Below, in pieces: positions 28,594 to 38,429 of a DNA stretch of 64,000 nt (position 1 is its first letter; the number at the start of each line of letters is the position of its first letter). Origin of the DNA: an uncultured virus (IMG/VR IMGVR_UViG_3300005253_001911) (lineage: Duplodnaviria; Heunggongvirae; Uroviricota; Caudoviricetes); the IMG/VR virus record IMGVR_UViG_3300005253_001911. One strand, given 5' to 3'. Made by a program: the position numbers and the translations under genes. Under the pieces are notes generated by a model that saw nothing but the letters and a program-made list of their open reading frames with translations, was not told where the DNA came from and searched no databases.

Positions 28594-28953
28594 TTAATTC
28601 TCCTTAACTGTTATTGTAAACTTAATAAAATAATCTTTACCAACGTATATACCAGCCAAAAACTTATTTAAAGATTCTCTTATTATATATTCTACAGAAG
28701 CCCATTCAAGCTCTTCCTCTGTTATATCTGATATATCCGTTCTAATAACGCCATCGTAAGCTGGCGGTATCTGTTTGCACCTATCTGTAGGCGGCATAGA
28801 CAAATGATCCATATATTCTCTCAGTATATCTCCAAGATGAGCTTTACACCGATATGACGGATGTAATTTACCATCTGAGGAGTGTAAAGAAGCAGGAAGA
28901 GTGTGTTGTACTCCAGTGCCGTACTTCTCATTTAGTTCTTTATATGTAGCCAT
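28594..28953 (-). CDS. Hypothetical protein
   Basis: Strong RBS AGGAGGAG; packed in the operon. Confidence 0.65.
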   Translation of the reverse strand: MATYKELNEKYGTGVQHTLPASLHSSDGKLHPSYRCKAHLGDILREYMDHLSMPPTDRCKQIPPAYDGVIRTDISDITEEELEWASVEYIIRESLNKFLAGIYVGKDYFIKFTITVKEN

Positions 28954-28954
28954 T

Positions 28955-29122
28955 TTACTCCTCCTTTACCATTAGCTCTGTAAGGCACTTATTACATATT
29001 TTAACACACATATGATCTGTAGTAGGACTAGAATAGTCGTTTATACGCAGTTCTCTTAGCTTTACTTTTTTTTCTTTACACACATTACAATAGCTATTTC
29101 TTACAATTTTTGAACTAATCAT
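28955..29122 (-). CDS. Small Zn-finger protein, 55 aa
   Basis: Not in track. Hand translation MISSKIVRNSYCNVCKEKK...VKICNKCLTELMVKEE; fills the gap exactly. Confidence 0.65.
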   Translation of the reverse strand: MISSKIVRNSYCNVCKEKKVKLRELRINDYSSPTTDHMCVKICNKCLTELMVKEE

Positions 29123-29123
29123 T

Positions 29124-29516
29124 TTACTTTTCCTTTGGCACCATTTCTATAACATTTCCGATAATTTCTACCTCATCTCGCTTAAATACCATAGCAATAG
29201 GCGTAAATGCCTCACCGTCTTTCAAATCTGGATACTGACTTGTTGCAAATAGTATCTTAGATATGGCTGGCATATACAAGGTATGTGTCCTGGCTGATTT
29301 ATCATATTTCAGCAGGTCAAACTCACCCTCATCCGCACTAAATATTTTTGGATCTAAATCTGTGTACAGACCCTTACGTGGTATCGTAATACTATAGTTG
29401 TTGTCCTGTACTTTGAACCGATAATTTCTGGCCGGTAACAACATAGCCGTAGGAGTACCTACAGCGTCTGTAAAACTCTCTTCTTCCGCGCTTTTTTCAA
29501 CTTTATCTTTACTCAT
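29124..29516 (-). CDS. Hypothetical protein
   Basis: RBS AGGAGG; operon packing. Confidence 0.7.
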   Translation of the reverse strand: MSKDKVEKSAEEESFTDAVGTPTAMLLPARNYRFKVQDNNYSITIPRKGLYTDLDPKIFSADEGEFDLLKYDKSARTHTLYMPAISKILFATSQYPDLKDGEAFTPIAMVFKRDEVEIIGNVIEMVPKEK

Positions 29517-29527
29517 TACTGCCTCCT

Positions 29528-29749
29528 TTAAACATCTATAATTACATTTATAGTGGTTTGCATACCAGTAATCTTTTCCAATGTATCAAAATCTCCATCA
29601 TATACTTGCTTCAAAGCCGCTTCCTCAATACTTTGTAGTGTATCACCTTGATAATGATTTAATTCGACAAGAACTGTGTTATTAATTCTGACCTTAACTG
29701 TTCCTATCTTTATCTTTTTTTCACCATTAACTTCTATTATTTCAACCAT
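29528..29749 (-). CDS. Hypothetical protein
   Basis: RBS AGGAGG; overlaps the primase stop. Confidence 0.65.
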   Translation of the reverse strand: MVEIIEVNGEKKIKIGTVKVRINNTVLVELNHYQGDTLQSIEEAALKQVYDGDFDTLEKITGMQTTINVIIDV

Positions 29750-30782
29750 TACTGCCTCCTATAATACATTTAATATTTTCTATACTTACATCTCCAGGAT
29801 CTTTATCCAGAAATGAAAAAAACTTTGGTATAATATTTATCTTACCTTTCATATCTTTTACTGCTTTTGCGGTACCTTTTACCCCCGCCTCATCGCCATC
29901 TAATAGTAATATAATAGTAAAAGCATTACTATACAATAAACTCTGCTGTCCAGTAGTTATTCTACTACCCATACATGCCACAGTATTCTTATATCCTGCC
30001 ATATGGCATCTCCACACACCTTTAAATCCCTCTACTATTATCAGGGTTCGCTTTTCACCCATATGTTTTTTAGCATTATTCAAATTATATAGAACTTTAT
30101 CCTTGTCAAACCCTTTTGTTAGCAGATATTTATAGTCTTCGTCTGCCTTTCCTGTTATATCTCTACAACTATATGCTTTCAATACCCCCTCAGAGCTCCG
30201 TATCGGTATCACATCTCGTTGATAACCATACTTGTCTACATAACCTCCGCCTACTTCAAATTCGTCCAATAATTCTGCTGAAAACCCTTTTTTTTCAAAA
30301 TAATCTGACCTAAACTTTCTGAAACTCTTTAGATAGGCTTCGGTGACTAAAGCTGAAGGCACCTGTTTATTATCTTGCATTCTATCTATAAATTCTCTTC
30401 TATCTTTAAGCCTTTTGAACTCAATATAAGAGGTTTCGTCGTGTATATTTACCCCACTGATATTTTCCAAGTATTTTACCGCGTCCATAAAAGATAGATT
30501 CAACATATGTTTTAGTAAACTAATTACATCGTACCCTATCTCCTCATGGCACCCATGAGAAAAACACATCCAGTTTTTAGTACGCTTATTCATACGAAAT
30601 GAGGTCTTATTATCCCCTCCATGGACTTTACAAGGCGCTCTTACCTCATCCGAAACACTTCTCGATATCTCAAACCCCAGCATACCCAACAACTGATCAG
30701 CATTTACTGATTCTTTCAACCTGTTCAGTTGATTTCTGCGTTCTTCTTTAGAAACTCTCTTTTGGGTCATTGGACTCGTCAT
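29742..30782 (-). CDS. dnaG: DnaG-type DNA primase
   Basis: Zn finger CKVH...CFSHGC; TOPRIM IVEG...MGS...LDGDEAG...DPGD. Start position uncertain. Confidence 0.9.
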   Translation of the reverse strand: MTSPMTQKRVSKEERRNQLNRLKESVNADQLLGMLGFEISRSVSDEVRAPCKVHGGDNKTSFRMNKRTKNWMCFSHGCHEEIGYDVISLLKHMLNLSFMDAVKYLENISGVNIHDETSYIEFKRLKDRREFIDRMQDNKQVPSALVTEAYLKSFRKFRSDYFEKKGFSAELLDEFEVGGGYVDKYGYQRDVIPIRSSEGVLKAYSCRDITGKADEDYKYLLTKGFDKDKVLYNLNNAKKHMGEKRTLIIVEGFKGVWRCHMAGYKNTVACMGSRITTGQQSLLYSNAFTIILLLDGDEAGVKGTAKAVKDMKGKINIIPKFFSFLDKDPGDVSIENIKCIIGGSNG

Positions 30783-32145
30783 TTCTTTCCTCTTTTTTAC
30801 TTTCATTATAGTCTATAAGTTGCTTCGGTGCCTCACTTAAGTGCAACATTCTCTTGGTAAATGAGTATCCTATGCCTTCTTCAGGAGTTGTTCCACCCCT
30901 TCTACTATCAGTAATTATAAGTTTATGTGTGCCATATTCCTTCTCAAATGGGTGTACTTTATCCATCTCTTCCTTAGATTTAGGCTTAAAAAACATCAGA
31001 ACATCAGCATATCGTAGTATTCTATCACTGTCTGCTATATCATCCTGCCTGTTAATCTGGTTGGCACACAACACGGGAATTTCTAACTCACCTGCCAAAT
31101 CTTTCAGCGCAGTAGTAACATCCCCCAGCACCTGATATTCCTTTTTGTTCTTAAAATCTGCTCCAGAAGGCGCTTTTATGTAGTCAAATATAGCAAACTC
31201 CATACCTTCTACATGCTTATATTTCTTATACAACGCGATCAATTTCTCTACATTATATCCTGGCATATACTCATGAAAATACTTACCCTTGTTGATTATT
31301 TTGGCGGCTTTACAAATTTTTTCATACTGCTCATCTGTGTATCCGCCGTGAGTAACCACTCTCTCAGGAACTATGGCAAGCATAGAAATAATACGAGCTC
31401 GCCACTGCTCGAACGGCATCTCTGTATCCACACACAGGGTAGGCTTACCCAAATTATATGCCACATACGCACCAACCGCTGCAAGAAAGGTACTTTTACC
31501 ATGCTTAGGTCGTGCGCATACTACATGCAGAGCACCAGGAACCAGCCCGTCTATCTGCTTGTCTAGTATGTCAAATCCAGTGCTTATACCACAATATTCT
31601 ACTGGATTATATCTGCGTTCTTCTATGTATTCATCCAACCCATCCGATAAATTAGTAGCTTCTTTCACTGCTTTGGACTTAATTGACAAATCCATTATAT
31701 CACTACTCACAGTACCTATCATATCAGTAGCAGTTACGTCCTCATTGCGAGCATCTACTTCTGTGTTGGACATATTTCTACTCAATGAGTTATGTAATTG
31801 GTGTTTAGTACTACTATTCAGAATTTTGTCAATATAATATTGTAGATTATCCTTGGTTGTATCTATATTTAAAATAGATCTGATGTAATCATACCCACCG
31901 ATTTTTTGCAGCACACCATTATGATCAGCTTCATTCAGTACCAGTTCCCCATCTACTTTAGGTACATCCCTCTTTATTAGTGTGCCTATTATCAACCAGA
32001 TCATCTCGTGATCTGGTAGTAAAAAGTCTTTTGAACCTATCGCTGATGCAATAATATAATAATTCTCAACAGAATCAAAACAATACGCAAGCAAAACCCG
32101 CTCATAGTTAGGTTGACAAAACATTTCTTTTGATAATTCGCTCAT
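30748..32145 (-). CDS. dnaB: DnaB-like replicative helicase
   Basis: GISTGFDILD, ARPKHGKST, DTEM, IFDYI, LKDLAGELEIPVLCANQINR. Confidence 0.92.
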   Translation of the reverse strand: MSELSKEMFCQPNYERVLLAYCFDSVENYYIIASAIGSKDFLLPDHEMIWLIIGTLIKRDVPKVDGELVLNEADHNGVLQKIGGYDYIRSILNIDTTKDNLQYYIDKILNSSTKHQLHNSLSRNMSNTEVDARNEDVTATDMIGTVSSDIMDLSIKSKAVKEATNLSDGLDEYIEERRYNPVEYCGISTGFDILDKQIDGLVPGALHVVCARPKHGKSTFLAAVGAYVAYNLGKPTLCVDTEMPFEQWRARIISMLAIVPERVVTHGGYTDEQYEKICKAAKIINKGKYFHEYMPGYNVEKLIALYKKYKHVEGMEFAIFDYIKAPSGADFKNKKEYQVLGDVTTALKDLAGELEIPVLCANQINRQDDIADSDRILRYADVLMFFKPKSKEEMDKVHPFEKEYGTHKLIITDSRRGGTTPEEGIGYSFTKRMLHLSEAPKQLIDYNESKKEERNDESNDPKESF

Positions 32146-32992
32146 ATTTATACCCCTGTTTTTTAGTTAGTATTTTTCTATAAAATTTTGTGTGATATTC
32201 TCTATTAAAATTGGCTCTTGAATTACAGGAATTACATAGTGTAATCAAATTGGACAGTTGACAATTCTTTTTATCGTAATTTACATGATGAATCATTAGT
32301 TTCTCACTAATGCCATTACAATTTGAATTCTGACATTCATAATTATCCCGGACTTTTATATCTTCTTTATATTCTTTATCTGCCCATGCATCACAATATG
32401 GTTCACAAGAAATACCCCCTTTCCAGTTTGGATGCCCAGGTCCAGAATTATTTATATTGGCACACACTGGACATCTACGACCATATTGCCATTTTAACCA
32501 TGAAATACTATGCATATGTCCATTAGGACAAACATATTTCAATTTTTGTCTATTATTTTTATATTCATTAGTCAACAATATATAATTATATTTTTTAAAT
32601 TCGCTTTTTATAAATTTTATATCGGGTTTACCAATACCAGCACAATAAGCACATCTATGGCCTTGTTGCCACATAGCCCATCGCATATTATACACATGTC
32701 TATTTGGACATATACATTTCAATTTCTGATGAGCGTTTATATAATCAGTGGTTAAAAGTATATACCCTTCGACAGCAAATTCTGATTTAATAAAATTTAT
32801 ATTTTTCTTTACCAAGCCTGCGCATTCCGCACACCTAATACCGTTTTTAAAATCTGCGGGCCACATATAACGAACATGATTATTTATACATCTATATTTT
32901 ATCTTTGTACGCCTGTTTTTATATTCAGACAGCAGTCTATATCCCTCTTTTTCAAATAAATTCTTTACATATTCATGTGATAATCTACGCAT
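32108..32992 (-). CDS. HNH homing-endonuclease-like protein with 3 Zn-ribbon repeats
   Basis: Same architecture as 25950-26621; HPNWKGG, RDNYECQ, IHHVNY, LCNSCN. Confidence 0.85.
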   Translation of the reverse strand: MRRLSHEYVKNLFEKEGYRLLSEYKNRRTKIKYRCINNHVRYMWPADFKNGIRCAECAGLVKKNINFIKSEFAVEGYILLTTDYINAHQKLKCICPNRHVYNMRWAMWQQGHRCAYCAGIGKPDIKFIKSEFKKYNYILLTNEYKNNRQKLKYVCPNGHMHSISWLKWQYGRRCPVCANINNSGPGHPNWKGGISCEPYCDAWADKEYKEDIKVRDNYECQNSNCNGISEKLMIHHVNYDKKNCQLSNLITLCNSCNSRANFNREYHTKFYRKILTKKQGYKYERIIKRNVLST

Positions 32993-32993
32993 T

Positions 32994-33461
32994 CTATAAT
33001 CTCCGCTCGTCCCTACTAAATTTCATTTCATGCTCTCTACGCGTAAGTTCTCTCTTAAAACTTTGTATAAGTTCAAGATAATGTTTTTCTAAACCATCTG
33101 TCAGCTTTATTTCTGCCTCAAGAAGTTCAACGCCTTTTTCTATGGCTTGTAGTTCTTCATGTGCATCTATTACTTTCCGCCTTCTTTCCACTTTAGTACC
33201 TTTGAGTTCTGACTGGTTTATGTAGGTATCTATGACCCTATTCTTCTGCATTAGTTGTACCTTGGTCTTGTTGATTTGCGACGAGAAAAAAATTAGGAAC
33301 TGTGAAAGACCTATGGTATACTGCGAGATCTTCGCTGATGGCGTAGCCTCCAGATTTCTTACATCAAACGAAAATATCTCATTCATAAGACCTTCATTTT
33401 TTGGCATTTTGAATACCATCAGTTCTTCTGCTCGTTTATTTAGTGCGTCTTCTATTGTCAT
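32994..33461 (-). CDS. Coiled-coil hypothetical protein (UvsY-like size and position, unverified)
   Basis: All-helical and charged; lies between recA and dnaB. Confidence 0.55.
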   Translation of the reverse strand: MTIEDALNKRAEELMVFKMPKNEGLMNEIFSFDVRNLEATPSAKISQYTIGLSQFLIFFSSQINKTKVQLMQKNRVIDTYINQSELKGTKVERRRKVIDAHEELQAIEKGVELLEAEIKLTDGLEKHYLELIQSFKRELTRREHEMKFSRDERRL

Positions 33462-34042
33462 TTAAACTTCTCCATAATATTTTCACGAGCCTTGGGATAA
33501 TGTTTATCCAAAACCTCCGTTTTGAAAATAAAAGCTAAAGTTCCAAGCACAGCAATACCAAGTATTATATGCGTAATGCACCATTTATACCATGGATTTT
33601 TCAAAATTGGAGCAGTTGGAACTAATACAACCTCAGCAGCACCTCTCTCAGCTTTACGATCATCTATTTTTTTCAGAATTTCTATTTGATTATCTTTCAA
33701 ACAAAATACATGTCTACAAATACGTTTATTTTCATCTATGGTTTGTACTCTATCCTCAAATTGATACACAGACTCTGTCGGGGGCCTAAAATTAGGCACA
33801 TCATCAAAACCACAATCATACCCAGCAGTGTACTTCATACCTGTACGTTTATAAAAGTCATATAATTTATTGGTAAGTATTACAAAAAAATGCTTGCTGG
33901 AAAAAAGATCCTCTGACACCTCCCACCGGTGCACATTACATACATCGTTCTCCCAATGATCCATAAGACCAATAAGATCTTTATCTACTTTTATATGGAT
34001 ATAATAGGTATTATTATAATAGCTACTATGTCGCATTTTCAT
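33458..34042 (-). CDS. Hypothetical protein with one C-terminal TM segment
   Basis: Hydrophobic stretch ITHIILGIAVLGTLAFIF. Confidence 0.65.
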   Translation of the reverse strand: MKMRHSSYYNNTYYIHIKVDKDLIGLMDHWENDVCNVHRWEVSEDLFSSKHFFVILTNKLYDFYKRTGMKYTAGYDCGFDDVPNFRPPTESVYQFEDRVQTIDENKRICRHVFCLKDNQIEILKKIDDRKAERGAAEVVLVPTAPILKNPWYKWCITHIILGIAVLGTLAFIFKTEVLDKHYPKARENIMEKFK

Positions 34043-34289
34043 CCTCGCTTCGCTCTTCCCATATAGGGTGCTTACCAGTACACAAGTAGTCCCTGGCTAC
34101 TATCTTGCCGTTCTTATCTATCTCTACCCACTGACCCAACATACCTATCTGTTTACATGCAAATGACCTATCACAATACTTTTTATCTCCATGAATTGTG
34201 CCGTCATTTAGAGGCACAAAGTCTGAACAATCTTTTTCTTTATCTACGTCGTGAGGATCTTTCTGTCCCGGAATTATTATTTCAGTCAT
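34026..34289 (-). CDS. Hypothetical Cys-containing protein
   Basis: Start moved to MTEIIIPG; overlaps neighbours. Confidence 0.6.
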   Translation of the reverse strand: MTEIIIPGQKDPHDVDKEKDCSDFVPLNDGTIHGDKKYCDRSFACKQIGMLGQWVEIDKNGKIVARDYLCTGKHPIWEERSEDENAT

Positions 34290-34479
34290 CTTTCTTTTCC
34301 TTCTCCCCTCTAAAACATTTATCACATAACATAACCCAATGAGGTCTATAAAAAAATCTTTTTTGACTATCCGTATCAAACACATTGTATGCTACTTTGA
34401 TTATATGACCTTCATCGACCAATTTTATACTGTTACATCCAGCACATTGAAAATGAGTGGTGCCATCTTCTAAATTCAT
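34282..34479 (-). CDS. Small Zn-finger protein
   Basis: CAGC...LCDKC. Confidence 0.6.
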   Translation of the reverse strand: MNLEDGTTHFQCAGCNSIKLVDEGHIIKVAYNVFDTDSQKRFFYRPHWVMLCDKCFRGEKEKKDD

Positions 34480-34829
34480 GATAATTTCACCTTTAATATA
34501 GCTTTCATTATATTACTTTGCATCAATCTGTATTCTATTTTATCATTGTATCGTATAAGCATAAGTGCCATACGATTTTCCTCAGCGTATTCTATCTTCA
34601 AGTTATCTCGTGCCTTTGAGTCCAGAAATACTAATTTATCACCATGGAAATGCTTGTTAAATTCATAATGCTGCTGACCTTGACATTCTATCAATAAGTT
34701 AAGTTCTTTTATGAAAAAATCAAAGAACAATCTACTACCTTTATAATTCACATAATGCTCTTTTCTAATAGTAAAATGCGGATACCACTCTCTGAACTTA
34801 TCATAGACCTCGTCGGAGAGTTTACTCAT
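34476..34829 (-). CDS. Vsr/DUF559-like PD-(D/E)XK endonuclease
   Basis: LFFDFFI.ELNLLIECQGQQHY, RDNLK, LIRY. Confidence 0.8.
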   Translation of the reverse strand: MSKLSDEVYDKFREWYPHFTIRKEHYVNYKGSRLFFDFFIKELNLLIECQGQQHYEFNKHFHGDKLVFLDSKARDNLKIEYAEENRMALMLIRYNDKIEYRLMQSNIMKAILKVKLS

Positions 34830-35859
34830 TTGATAACCCCAGCACGGACTTGACCTTAGACTGTAGTTCAGCATACATATCTTGGTTATCAATAAAAGCT
34901 GCTGTCAAACTATCTTTACCTTGGTATTTGTCTTCATTATATTTAAACCAGGCTCCTGCTTGCTCAATCAAACCAAAATCAACTCCTAAATTTATTATCT
35001 CGCCTGAAAAATTATACCCAACACCATATATTAGCTCTATACCCGCTGTTCTCCATGGGGCCGCAAGTTTATTTTTTACTACCTGAAATTCACTAGTATG
35101 TCCAGAAACAAGCCCTTCGCTATCAATTATACGAGATTTTTTAGATTCTCCGCCTTCTACCTTGATTCTACCAGTCGCGTAGAAAGACAACGCTTCTCCA
35201 CCCGTAGGAGTTCTATCATCTCCCCATTTCCCTATATTATGCCTTATTTGATTGATAAATATAAGTAAAGTATTTGTGCGATTAGCTATTGGTGTGAGTT
35301 TTAAGCATGCCTTACTCATAAGTCGTGCAAGTAGTCCAATATAATTGTCGCTAATCTCCCCTTCTGCCATGCCCTTCGGCAACAGAGCAGAAACACTATC
35401 TACAACCAGAACATCAACTTCCCCACTCTTCATGAGTATCTCTGCGATCTCAAGATTTTCGTCGCCGGTAAATGCCTGGACCAAATCTATACTATCAGGA
35501 TTGACACCTATTACTGTTCCCATATTTCTCACTAATTTTGGATCTAGTGAGTGTTCTGCATCTACATATGCCACATTCATATCCCTCTTCAGGGCTTGCA
35601 TACACACGCTCAGTGCTAGTGTAGATTTACCACTACTGTTGGGTCCATATACCTCGTAAAGTCGTCCTCTGGCGAATCCTCCGACACCTAATGCAGCATC
35701 CAACGCTAAACACCCAGTAGAAACAGCGTCAATTTTCAAGTCCTCGTGGTCTCCTAGATAACTAATAACTCCTTCTCCGTACTTCTTGGTAATTGCTTTT
35801 CGTGCTATCTCTAAAGTGCCCTGATCCTTAATTTCCTTAACTTCCTTCTTCTTAACCAT
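34822..35859 (-). CDS. recA: RecA recombinase
   Basis: GPNSSGKST, VDAEHSLDP, VVDSVSAL, FINQIR, GGEAL.FYA, VVKNKLAAP, GAWF. Confidence 0.97.
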   Translation of the reverse strand: MVKKKEVKEIKDQGTLEIARKAITKKYGEGVISYLGDHEDLKIDAVSTGCLALDAALGVGGFARGRLYEVYGPNSSGKSTLALSVCMQALKRDMNVAYVDAEHSLDPKLVRNMGTVIGVNPDSIDLVQAFTGDENLEIAEILMKSGEVDVLVVDSVSALLPKGMAEGEISDNYIGLLARLMSKACLKLTPIANRTNTLLIFINQIRHNIGKWGDDRTPTGGEALSFYATGRIKVEGGESKKSRIIDSEGLVSGHTSEFQVVKNKLAAPWRTAGIELIYGVGYNFSGEIINLGVDFGLIEQAGAWFKYNEDKYQGKDSLTAAFIDNQDMYAELQSKVKSVLGLSNE

Positions 35860-35869
35860 ATTTTAGCTC

Positions 35870-36547
35870 CTATTGTTCTATCTTTGCTATTATTTTATCA
35901 AGTTTATTATCTATAAAAGACTGCTTTTCTAGATCACGTGCTAACTCATATTCCAACTCTTCAGCCTTTTGCCTCAGCTCTGCTTCAATACGTTTTTCCA
36001 ACCGATTATTCAGAATTTCTATTGCTTTACCTGTAATCCAACCAGATTTACCCTGGCCTAACACCCTTATACTAATAGGATTTTTAAATCTGAATTCCTC
36101 TTCGTGATTAAATATAATGTCAATTATCTCTATTCCACGTTGTATAGCGTTGGATTTATTAAGCCCTCTTAGTTCTATTGCCTCAACAAATAACCGCGTC
36201 ATGCGCATTTCTTGTTGCCAATTTTCATAATAATCTGTCTGTCTACCAGGATATTTAGTCCACAAACGCATAAAGAAATAGTTACGTAGGTCTTTCAAGG
36301 TCACTACCCGATCATTCACCATTAGTAGTTCGGACACCGCATAACCATGCTCTATGGCTAACTCTTTGGACTCTTCCTTGGTCTTTACTACCCTATATCC
36401 TATACATTCAACCACTTCTATAGCTTTTTCAAGCTGTACTTCTTCAGTGGATTTTCCATCGCCAAATAAATCAAGTTGACATTCCTCCGCAGGTGGATCG
36501 GGCCACTTAAACCCAGTTTCTTCTCTATATCTTTTCGCCATATTCAT
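35870..36547 (-). CDS. Hypothetical protein
   Basis: Long ORF in the operon; contains QLDLF, a canonical beta-clamp-binding motif. Confidence 0.7.
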   Translation of the reverse strand: MNMAKRYREETGFKWPDPPAEECQLDLFGDGKSTEEVQLEKAIEVVECIGYRVVKTKEESKELAIEHGYAVSELLMVNDRVVTLKDLRNYFFMRLWTKYPGRQTDYYENWQQEMRMTRLFVEAIELRGLNKSNAIQRGIEIIDIIFNHEEEFRFKNPISIRVLGQGKSGWITGKAIEILNNRLEKRIEAELRQKAEELEYELARDLEKQSFIDNKLDKIIAKIEQ

Positions 36548-36549
36548 AG

Positions 36550-37674
36550 TTATCTCCTTTTGACTACTGTTAGTAGAGCTGTGTGCTTTTCGTTATCACT
36601 TGCCTTGAAAACTATATAATTATTACCATCAGTAAAATTTAGTTCTAAAGATTCGCCTATAAAATCATGTAGCAATGAGTCCAAAAACTCACCATTCACA
36701 TCAATATCCAGGTTAGACTCAAACGGCTCATCAAATGTCTGTACTGAGTCTACTCTATCATTCTTTATAGTAAGTGTCTTATCATTAAAATTAAGTGTCA
36801 ATCTATGATTATCTTCTGCGTCTAAAACATCCATAACTGCGTGAATAGTGTCAATAAAATCAACTCTCGGAAAACTAATAACCCTATCCAAATCAAACAT
36901 CGGTCTATAGTTTGGAAAATCCTCGCCAATAATAAGATTACCAATAATATACAGATTATTGGACTTGATATAAATATATCTTCCGTCAAATATTACAAAT
37001 ACTTGTGCATCGTCATCAAGAGTACTTCTTAAGATAGACGCTAAGTTATAACTCATAACTTTTGTATCTTGTATAAGATCTGCATTGATATCGATTGAAA
37101 ACTCTGCAAGTTTCACACCATTAGTTCCAGCAAATACAATACTATCCTGTAATATTGTTATACCCACTCCAGTAATAGCTTTTCTAACCTCACCAGGATT
37201 AACACAGTGAAGCACCCTATTTATACCTCGTTTTAGAATATTACTATTGACGATCAACTGAGCTTCGCCGAACGGCTTAATAATTGGGTAAAGTTCCGGT
37301 TTGAATACCTCAAACTTCAGTTTCTTATATGCCGGCTTACCAGATTGAAAACATGTTTTAGTTTTTATAAGCCCTAACTTATCACTCACAACGAAATGAA
37401 AATCTTTTGTTCCATAATCCTCTATAAGAGGAACAAATTTCATAATATATCCCTTAACCTTGTCAAGATTCAGTAGAACCTTACCTTTTTCAATAACTTC
37501 GACCTCTTTCGCTGTCACTACCAAATTTACATTTCCATCTGTCGCTTTAAATTTTACATCGTCTCCAGCATCTATCAAAATCATGCCAGTAATGCCTGAT
37601 TCATTCACCTTAACAACATTAGATAAACGAGAAATTATTCCTTGTAGCTCATCTACCGGTATTTTAAATTCCAT
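36550..37674 (-). CDS. dnaN: DNA polymerase III beta sliding clamp
   Basis: 374 aa; KATDG, R.AITGV, AGTNGVKLA, LIIGEDFPNY, NGEFLDSLL. Confidence 0.85.
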   Translation of the reverse strand: MEFKIPVDELQGIISRLSNVVKVNESGITGMILIDAGDDVKFKATDGNVNLVVTAKEVEVIEKGKVLLNLDKVKGYIMKFVPLIEDYGTKDFHFVVSDKLGLIKTKTCFQSGKPAYKKLKFEVFKPELYPIIKPFGEAQLIVNSNILKRGINRVLHCVNPGEVRKAITGVGITILQDSIVFAGTNGVKLAEFSIDINADLIQDTKVMSYNLASILRSTLDDDAQVFVIFDGRYIYIKSNNLYIIGNLIIGEDFPNYRPMFDLDRVISFPRVDFIDTIHAVMDVLDAEDNHRLTLNFNDKTLTIKNDRVDSVQTFDEPFESNLDIDVNGEFLDSLLHDFIGESLELNFTDGNNYIVFKASDNEKHTALLTVVKRR

Positions 37675-37688
37675 CCTTTGCCTCCTAT

Positions 37689-38096
37689 TTATTTAATACG
37701 TTGAAAAAAACTAATCTCAAAGTTTGCCGACTCTTCAGAATCAGATCCATGAACTATATTATGTCGTATATCTGTCGCAAGTTCATGTCTAATTGTATGT
37801 GGTTCTGATTTCATATAATCTGTGGGCCCCATCAATTTTCTATACTTTTCTATAACACCCGCTCCTTCTAATACCAACATTACACATGGCCCACTCGACA
37901 TAAAATCTGTCTGACCCTCGAAAAACGGCTTATCTTTATGCACTTTATAGAGTTCTTCTGTTTGTTTTTTGGACAACAATGTCATTTTCATGTCAACTAT
38001 TTTAAATCCTTCCAGTTCCATTCTGGTGAGTATGTGACCTATCAGATCCCTTTTTACAGCGTCCGGTTTAACAATTGCTAACGTTCTTTCTGTCAT
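37689..38096 (-). CDS. ndk: Nucleoside diphosphate kinase
   Basis: ERTLAIVKPDAV, HKDKPFF, FMSSGP, NIVHGSDS. Confidence 0.97.
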   Translation of the reverse strand: MTERTLAIVKPDAVKRDLIGHILTRMELEGFKIVDMKMTLLSKKQTEELYKVHKDKPFFEGQTDFMSSGPCVMLVLEGAGVIEKYRKLMGPTDYMKSEPHTIRHELATDIRHNIVHGSDSEESANFEISFFQRIK

Positions 38097-38106
38097 AATT
38101 CTCTCC

Positions 38107-38280
38107 TTAACTATTTATAATTTCCCAAGGTGTTGGGATCTTGTAGTCTTCTACCAATTCAGCAACTTCATACCCACATTCCATGCATCTTTTTAATGTC
38201 CCTGTAAAGGATGAAAATTCTTGGAATGATGTGTCCTTATCACAGTATGGACAATGTTGTTCTATGTAAGTTACTGTCAT
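38107..38280 (-). CDS. Small Zn-ribbon protein, 57 aa
   Basis: Not in track. Hand translation MTVTYIEQHCPYCDKD...KRCMECGYEV... Confidence 0.65.
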   Translation of the reverse strand: MTVTYIEQHCPYCDKDTSFQEFSSFTGTLKRCMECGYEVAELVEDYKIPTPWEIINS

Positions 38281-38429
38281 TTAACCCGTCCCCTATTCTT
38301 TCCTTGTTTTATTTTACTTATTACATCATGAGAAACTCCGAACATTTCTCCTATATGTCGTTCAGTTAAAGTGCTTTCTTCTAAAAGAAGCTTGATATGA
38401 TGGATTTCTTTAACCGTCAATTTAGCCAT
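38277..38429 (-). CDS. Small helix-turn-helix protein, 50 aa
   Basis: Not in track. Hand translation MAKLTVKEIHHIKLLLEESTLTERHIGEMFGVSHDVISKIKQGKNRGRVK. Confidence 0.65.
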   Translation of the reverse strand: MAKLTVKEIHHIKLLLEESTLTERHIGEMFGVSHDVISKIKQGKNRGRVK

